From a virus (Duplodnaviria > Heunggongvirae > Uroviricota > Caudoviricetes), in IMG/VR virus record IMGVR_UViG_2687453449_000005, positions 1 through 11,394 of that record: DNA of 11,394 nucleotides; one strand, written 5' to 3'. The number at the start of each line of letters is the position of its first letter. Position 1 is the first letter of the stretch. The notes beneath the pieces were generated by a model, which worked only from the letters and a program-made list of their open reading frames with translations, searched no databases and was not told the origin of the DNA. Positions 8,053-11,394 of this stretch are shown piece by piece. The position numbers were made by a program, and so were the translations under genes.

Positions 8053-8559
8053 TTAGCCCATCATTTTTCTATACGCCTCTGCAGCCTGCTCCGGCGTTAA
8101 GTTGGTAATTTCTGTTCTGACTGGTCCTCCATCAGCGCCAGTCACTTCATTTTTGACGTTGTCTTTAAACGCCTGAACAGAAACATGACGCCCAAGCAAC
8201 TCAAGGTTTTTAACCTTATCAGGCCATTTGATTTTCTTCAGAAGTGCGGCGCTATCTGCGGATACCATCTCCATGACATCCATTCCTGATAGCGTTGTGC
8301 GCCATACCTTAGGCCAGTCTTTAATGGGTTTTAGATCACCGTTTTGCAGGAGAATGTCGAGCACATCCATCTGGTCGATTTCAATAAGGCGATTAAGTAC
8401 ATATTCTGCATTAATACCAACAAGATCATTGCGTTGCGCTTTCAGTTCAGCGATTCTGAATTGTATGTCAGGTTTTGACAGGTTTTCGGATGCGGTACGG
8501 TTAGCTGTCTTTGCGCTGTACCCCGCCCGAATATCGGCAATGAATAACAATCCTCGCAC
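8053..8559 (-). pseudogene. Terminase small subunit, N-terminally truncated at a recombination junction
   Basis: ...IRAGYSAKTANRTASENLSKPDI matches the conserved terS block, but the preceding residues do not resemble a terS N-terminus; the only start is GTG, an in-frame TAA lies 5 codons upstream, and no SD is present. Confidence 0.6.
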
Positions 8560-8581
8560 TCGCGGGGATTTCTTTTATCTG

Positions 8582-8607
8582 AACTCGCTACGGCGAGTTT
8601 TGTTTTA
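8582..8607 (+). terminator. Intrinsic terminator candidate (AACTCGC-TACG-GCGAGTT then TTGTTTT)
   Basis: 7-bp stem plus T-rich tract seen directly; lies in the junction/intergenic zone upstream of the 55-aa ORF. Confidence 0.3.
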
Positions 8608-8619
8608 TGGAGATGATAA

Positions 8620-8787
8620 ATGCACTTCCGAGTCACAGGTGAATGGAATGGAGAACCATTCAACAGAGTTATCGAAGCGGAGAACATCAACGACTGCTAC
8701 GACCACTGGATGATATGGGCGCAGATAGCACATGCAGACATAACCAATATTCGAATTGAAGAACTGAAAGAACACCAATCCGCCTGA
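8620..8787 (+). CDS. Small hypothetical protein (55 aa), lambda orf55-like, upstream of xis
   Basis: ATG at 8620 with GGAG 8 nt upstream; open frame to TGA at 8785-8787 (MHFRVTGEWNGEPFNRVIEAENINDCYDHWMIWAQIAHADITNIRIEELKEHQSA). Same position and size as the 55-codon ORF next to xis in lambda. Absent from the ORF track, presumably by length cutoff. Confidence 0.6.
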   Translation: MHFRVTGEWNGEPFNRVIEAENINDCYDHWMIWAQIAHADITNIRIEELKEHQSA

Positions 8788-8799
8788 TGGCGGTTTTTT
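8780..8799 (+). terminator. Small hairpin + T6 (CCGCC-TGAT-GGCGG-TTTTTT) directly after the 55-aa ORF
   Basis: 5-bp GC stem, 4-nt loop containing the ORF stop codon, and six T; seen directly. Not a named lambda terminator that I can recall. Confidence 0.3.
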
Positions 8800-8800
8800 C

Positions 8801-8840
8801 TTGCGTGTAATTGCGGAGACTTTGCGATGTACTTGACACT
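8801..8840 (+). promoter_or_regulatory. pI-type cII-dependent int promoter (TTGC-N6-TTGC box)
   Basis: TTGCGTGTAATTGC at 8801-8814 is a cII recognition repeat just upstream of and overlapping the xis start, as for lambda pI, whose transcript starts inside xis. Confidence 0.5.
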
Positions 8841-9045
8841 TCAGGAGTGGAACGCTCGCCAGCGACGCCCAAGAAGCCTTGAAACAGTTCGTCGATGGGT
8901 GCGCGAATGCAGGATATTCCCTCCTCCGGTTAAGGATGGAAGAGAATATCTGTTCCACGAATCAGCGGTAAAGGTTGACTTAAATCGACCAGTAACAGGT
9001 AGCCTTTTGAAGAGGATCAGAAATGGGAAGAAGGCGAAGTCATGA
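8827..9045 (+). CDS. xis: Excisionase Xis (lambda Xis, 72 aa)
   Basis: MYLTLQEWNARQRRPRSLETVRRWVRECRIFPPPVKDGREYLFHESAVKVDLNRPVTGSLLKRIRNGKKAKS matches lambda Xis as recalled; GGAG SD 9 nt upstream; 23-nt overlap with int as in lambda. Confidence 0.95.
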   Translation: MYLTLQEWNARQRRPRSLETVRRWVRECRIFPPPVKDGREYLFHESAVKVDLNRPVTGSLLKRIRNGKKAKS

Positions 9046-10093
9046 GCGCCGGGATTTACCCCCTAACCTTTATATAAGAAACAATGGATATTACTGCTAC
9101 AGGGACCCAAGGACGGGTAAAGAGTTTGGATTAGGCAGAGACAGGCGAATCGCAATCACTGAAGCCATACAGGCCAACATTGAGTTATTTTCAGGACACA
9201 AACACAAGCCTCTGACAGCGAGAATCAACAGTGATAATTCCGTTACGCTACATTCATGGCTTGATCGCTACGAAAAAATCCTGGCCAGCAGAGGAATCAA
9301 GCAGAAGACACTCATAAATTACATGAGCAAAATTAAAGCAATAAGGAGGGGGCTGCCTGATGCTCCACTTGAAGACATCACCACAAAAGAAATTGCGGCA
9401 ATGCTCAATGGATACATAGACGAGGGCAAGGCGGCGTCAGCCAAGTTAATCAGATCAACACTGAGCGATGCATTCCGAGAGGCAATAGCTGAAGGCCATA
9501 TAACAACAAACCCTGTCGCTGCCACTCGCGCAGCAAAATCAGAGGTAAGGAGATCAAGACTTACGGCTGACGAATACCTGAAAATTTATCAAGCAGCAGA
9601 ATCATCACCATGTTGGCTCAGACTTGCAATGGAACTGGCTGTTGTTACCGGGCAACGAGTTGGTGATTTATGCGAAATGAAGTGGTCTGATATCGTAGAT
9701 GGATATCTTTATGTCGAGCAAAGCAAAACAGGCGTAAAAATTGCCATCCCAACAACATTGCATGTTGATGCTCTCGGGATATCAATGAAGGAAACACTTG
9801 ATAAATGCAAAGAGATTCTTGGCGGAGAAACCATAATTGCATCTACTCGTCGTGAACCGCTTTCATCCGGCACAGTATCAAGGTATTTTATGCGCGCACG
9901 AAAAGCATCAGGTCTTTCCTTCGAAGGGGATCCGCCTACCTTTCACGAGTTGCGCAGTTTGTCTGCAAGACTCTATGAGAAGCAGATAAGCGATAAGTTT
10001 GCTCAACATCTTCTCGGGCATAAGTCGGACACCATGGCATCACAGTATCGTGATGACAGAGGCAGGGAGTGGGACAAAATTGAAATCAAATAA
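9023..10093 (+). CDS. int: Tyrosine integrase (lambda Int, 356 aa)
   Basis: MGRRRSHERRDLPPNLYIRNNGYYCYRDPRTGKEFGLGRDRRIAITEAIQ...SQYRDDRGREWDKIEIK matches lambda Int essentially throughout; catalytic residues at lambda numbering R212, K235, H308, R311, H333, Y342 are all present. Confidence 0.97.
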   Translation: MGRRRSHERRDLPPNLYIRNNGYYCYRDPRTGKEFGLGRDRRIAITEAIQANIELFSGHKHKPLTARINSDNSVTLHSWLDRYEKILASRGIKQKTLINYMSKIKAIRRGLPDAPLEDITTKEIAAMLNGYIDEGKAASAKLIRSTLSDAFREAIAEGHITTNPVAATRAAKSEVRRSRLTADEYLKIYQAAESSPCWLRLAMELAVVTGQRVGDLCEMKWSDIVDGYLYVEQSKTGVKIAIPTTLHVDALGISMKETLDKCKEILGGETIIASTRREPLSSGTVSRYFMRARKASGLSFEGDPPTFHELRSLSARLYEKQISDKFAQHLLGHKSDTMASQYRDDRGREWDKIEIK

Positions 10094-10172
10094 TGATTTT
10101 ATTTTGACTGATAGTGACCTGTTCGTTGCAACAAATTGATAAGCAATGCTTTTTTATAATGCCAACTTAGTA
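10094..10172. other. attL remnant: lambda P' arm plus first 6 bp of the core (TTAGTA), interrupted by IS10
   Basis: AATGATTTTATTTTGACTGATAGTGACCTGTTCGTTGCAACAAATTGATAAGCAATGCTTTTTTATAATGCCAAC + TTAGTA matches the lambda P' arm up to the core, then breaks into an IS10 end. Confidence 0.85.
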
Positions 10173-11394
10173 CTGAGAGATCCCCTCATAATTTCCCCAA
10201 AGCGTAACCATGTGTGAATAGATTTTGAGTAAGCAGGGTTGCAGCCACGAGTGAGTCTTCCCTTGTTATTGTGTAGCCAGAATGCCGCAAAACTTCCATG
10301 CCTAAGCGAACTGTTGAGAGTACGTTTCGATTTCTGACTGTGTTAGCCTGGAAGTGCTTGTCCCAACCTTGTTTCTGAGCATGAACGCCCGCAAGCCAAC
10401 ATGTTAGTTGAAGCATCAGGGCGATTAGCAGCATGATATCAAAACGCTCTGAGCTGCTCGTTCGGCTATGGCGTAGGCCTAGTCCGTAGGCAGGACTTTT
10501 CAAGTCTCGGAAGGTTTCTTCAATCTGCATTCGCTTCGAATAGATATTAACAAGTTGTTTGGGTGTTCGAATTTCAACAGGTAAGTTAGTTGCTAGAATC
10601 CATGGCTCCTTTGCCGACGCTGAGTAGATTTTAGGTGACGGGTGGTGACAATGAGTCCGTGTCGAGCGCTGATTTTTTCGGCCTTTAGAGCGAGATTTAT
10701 ACAATAGAATTTGGCATGAGATTGGATTGCTTTTAGTCAGCCTCTTATAGCCTAAAGTCTTTGAGTGACTAGATGACATATCATGTAAGTTGCTGATAGG
10801 TTTCCAGTTTTCCGCTCCTAGGTCTGCATATTGTACTTTTCCTCTTACTCGACTTAACCAGTACCAACCCAGCTTCTCAACGGATTTATACCATGGCACT
10901 TTAAAGCCAGCATCACTGACAATGAGCGGTGTGGTGTTACTCGGTAGAATGCTCGCAAGGTCGGCTAGAAATTGGTCATGAGCTTTCTTTGAACATTGCT
11001 CTGAAAGCGGGAACGCTTTCTCATAAAGAGTAACAGAACGACCGTGTAGTGCGACTGAAGCTCGCAATACCATAAGTCGTTTTTGCTCACGGATATCAGA
11101 CCAGTCAACAAGTACAATGGGCATCGTATTGCCCGAACAGATAAAGCTAGCATGCCAACGGTATACAGCGAGTCGCTCTTTGTGGAGGTGACGATTACCT
11201 AACAATCGGTCGATTCGTTTGATGTTATGTTTTGTTCTCGCTTTGGTTGGCAGGTTACGGCCAAGTTCGGTAAGAGTGAGAGTTTTACAGTCAAGTAATG
11301 CGTGGCAAGCCAACGTTAAGCTGTTGAGTCGTTTTAAGTGTAATTCGGGGCAGAATTGGTAAAGAGAGTCGTGTAAAATATCGAGTTCGCACAT
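10173..11394 (-). mobile_element. IS10 (IS4 family), partial in window: inside end at 10173, element continues about 107 bp beyond the window
   Basis: Terminal CTGAGAGATCCCCTCATAATTTCCCCAAAGCGTAACC matches the IS10 inside end as recalled. Transposase stop lies 14-16 bp inside this end and the 402-codon ORF starts at the last window base, fitting the 1329-bp IS10 layout. Confidence 0.93.
10186..11394 (-). CDS. IS10 transposase (DDE, IS4 family), complete 402 aa
   Basis: MCELDILHDSLYQFCPELHLKRLNSLTLACHALLDCKTLTLTELGRN... with DAGF and YSKRMQIEETFRDLK (YREK signature) motifs; matches Tn10/IS10 transposase as recalled. Confidence 0.95.
   Translation of the reverse strand: MCELDILHDSLYQFCPELHLKRLNSLTLACHALLDCKTLTLTELGRNLPTKARTKHNIKRIDRLLGNRHLHKERLAVYRWHASFICSGNTMPIVLVDWSDIREQKRLMVLRASVALHGRSVTLYEKAFPLSEQCSKKAHDQFLADLASILPSNTTPLIVSDAGFKVPWYKSVEKLGWYWLSRVRGKVQYADLGAENWKPISNLHDMSSSHSKTLGYKRLTKSNPISCQILLYKSRSKGRKNQRSTRTHCHHPSPKIYSASAKEPWILATNLPVEIRTPKQLVNIYSKRMQIEETFRDLKSPAYGLGLRHSRTSSSERFDIMLLIALMLQLTCWLAGVHAQKQGWDKHFQANTVRNRNVLSTVRLGMEVLRHSGYTITREDSLVAATLLTQNLFTHGYALGKL

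Noticed and set aside
5667-8559. Interpretation of the element as a phage satellite (PICI/cfPICI-like) because it combines int with terminase and portal genes
   Set aside because: No regulator, primase/replication or capsid-redirection genes are present, and the portal and terS genes are truncated at apparent deletion junctions; decay of a full prophage explains the content better.
8228-8958. ORFs of 61-161 aa on both strands across the terS/55-aa ORF/xis region (8228..8713+, 8442..8690-, 8605..8958-, 8687..8872-)
   Set aside because: They overlap the better-supported terS fragment, the 55-aa ORF and xis, and are out of frame with them; treated as artefacts.
9319-9842. Two - strand ORFs (68 and 65 aa) inside int
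   Set aside because: Antisense to a fully intact integrase gene; no independent support.
10790-11153. 63-aa + and 62-aa - ORFs inside the IS10 transposase gene
   Set aside because: Internal to a complete transposase ORF; no known second IS10 protein at these positions.
1-11394. CRISPR arrays, tRNA or rRNA genes
   Set aside because: No regularly spaced direct repeats and no tRNA-like cloverleaf sequence were seen; integration is at the non-tRNA lambda attB site.

Overview
This window appears to be an enterobacterial (E. coli/Shigella-type) chromosome segment carrying a roughly 10-kb, heavily decayed, mosaic lambda-type prophage remnant at the classical lambda attB site. All identifications rest on reading the sequence and on recalled family/lambda knowledge; no database search was possible, so near-identity statements need BLAST confirmation. 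The provided ORF track uses TTG/GTG as well as ATG starts, so several starts were re-assigned by hand. Left to right: (i) host flank and an attR junction (host B' arm, 15-bp core at 91-105, lambda P arm) followed by the sib/tI hairpin; (ii) an AT-rich cargo island with two divergent acyltransferase-3 family membrane proteins on the + strand flanking a 445-aa tailspike-like beta-helix ORF on the - strand, with palindromic terminators between the convergent genes; (iii) remnants of a non-lambda late operon on the - strand: tail fibre assembly protein, glycine-rich tail-fibre C-terminal domain, a 253-aa probable portal N-terminal fragment, terminase large subunit, and a small terminase subunit lacking its native N-terminus; (iv) a lambda-like block on the + strand (55-aa ORF, xis, int, with the cII-dependent pI box) ending in the P' arm; (v) the core is cut after TTAGTA by the inside end of an IS10 whose complete transposase ORF runs to the window edge. 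No immunity, replication, lysis, capsid or tail-shaft genes are present. The most interesting points are the acyltransferase/tailspike cargo module (a candidate surface-polysaccharide conversion system) and the IS10-split attL, which probably locks the element in the chromosome.
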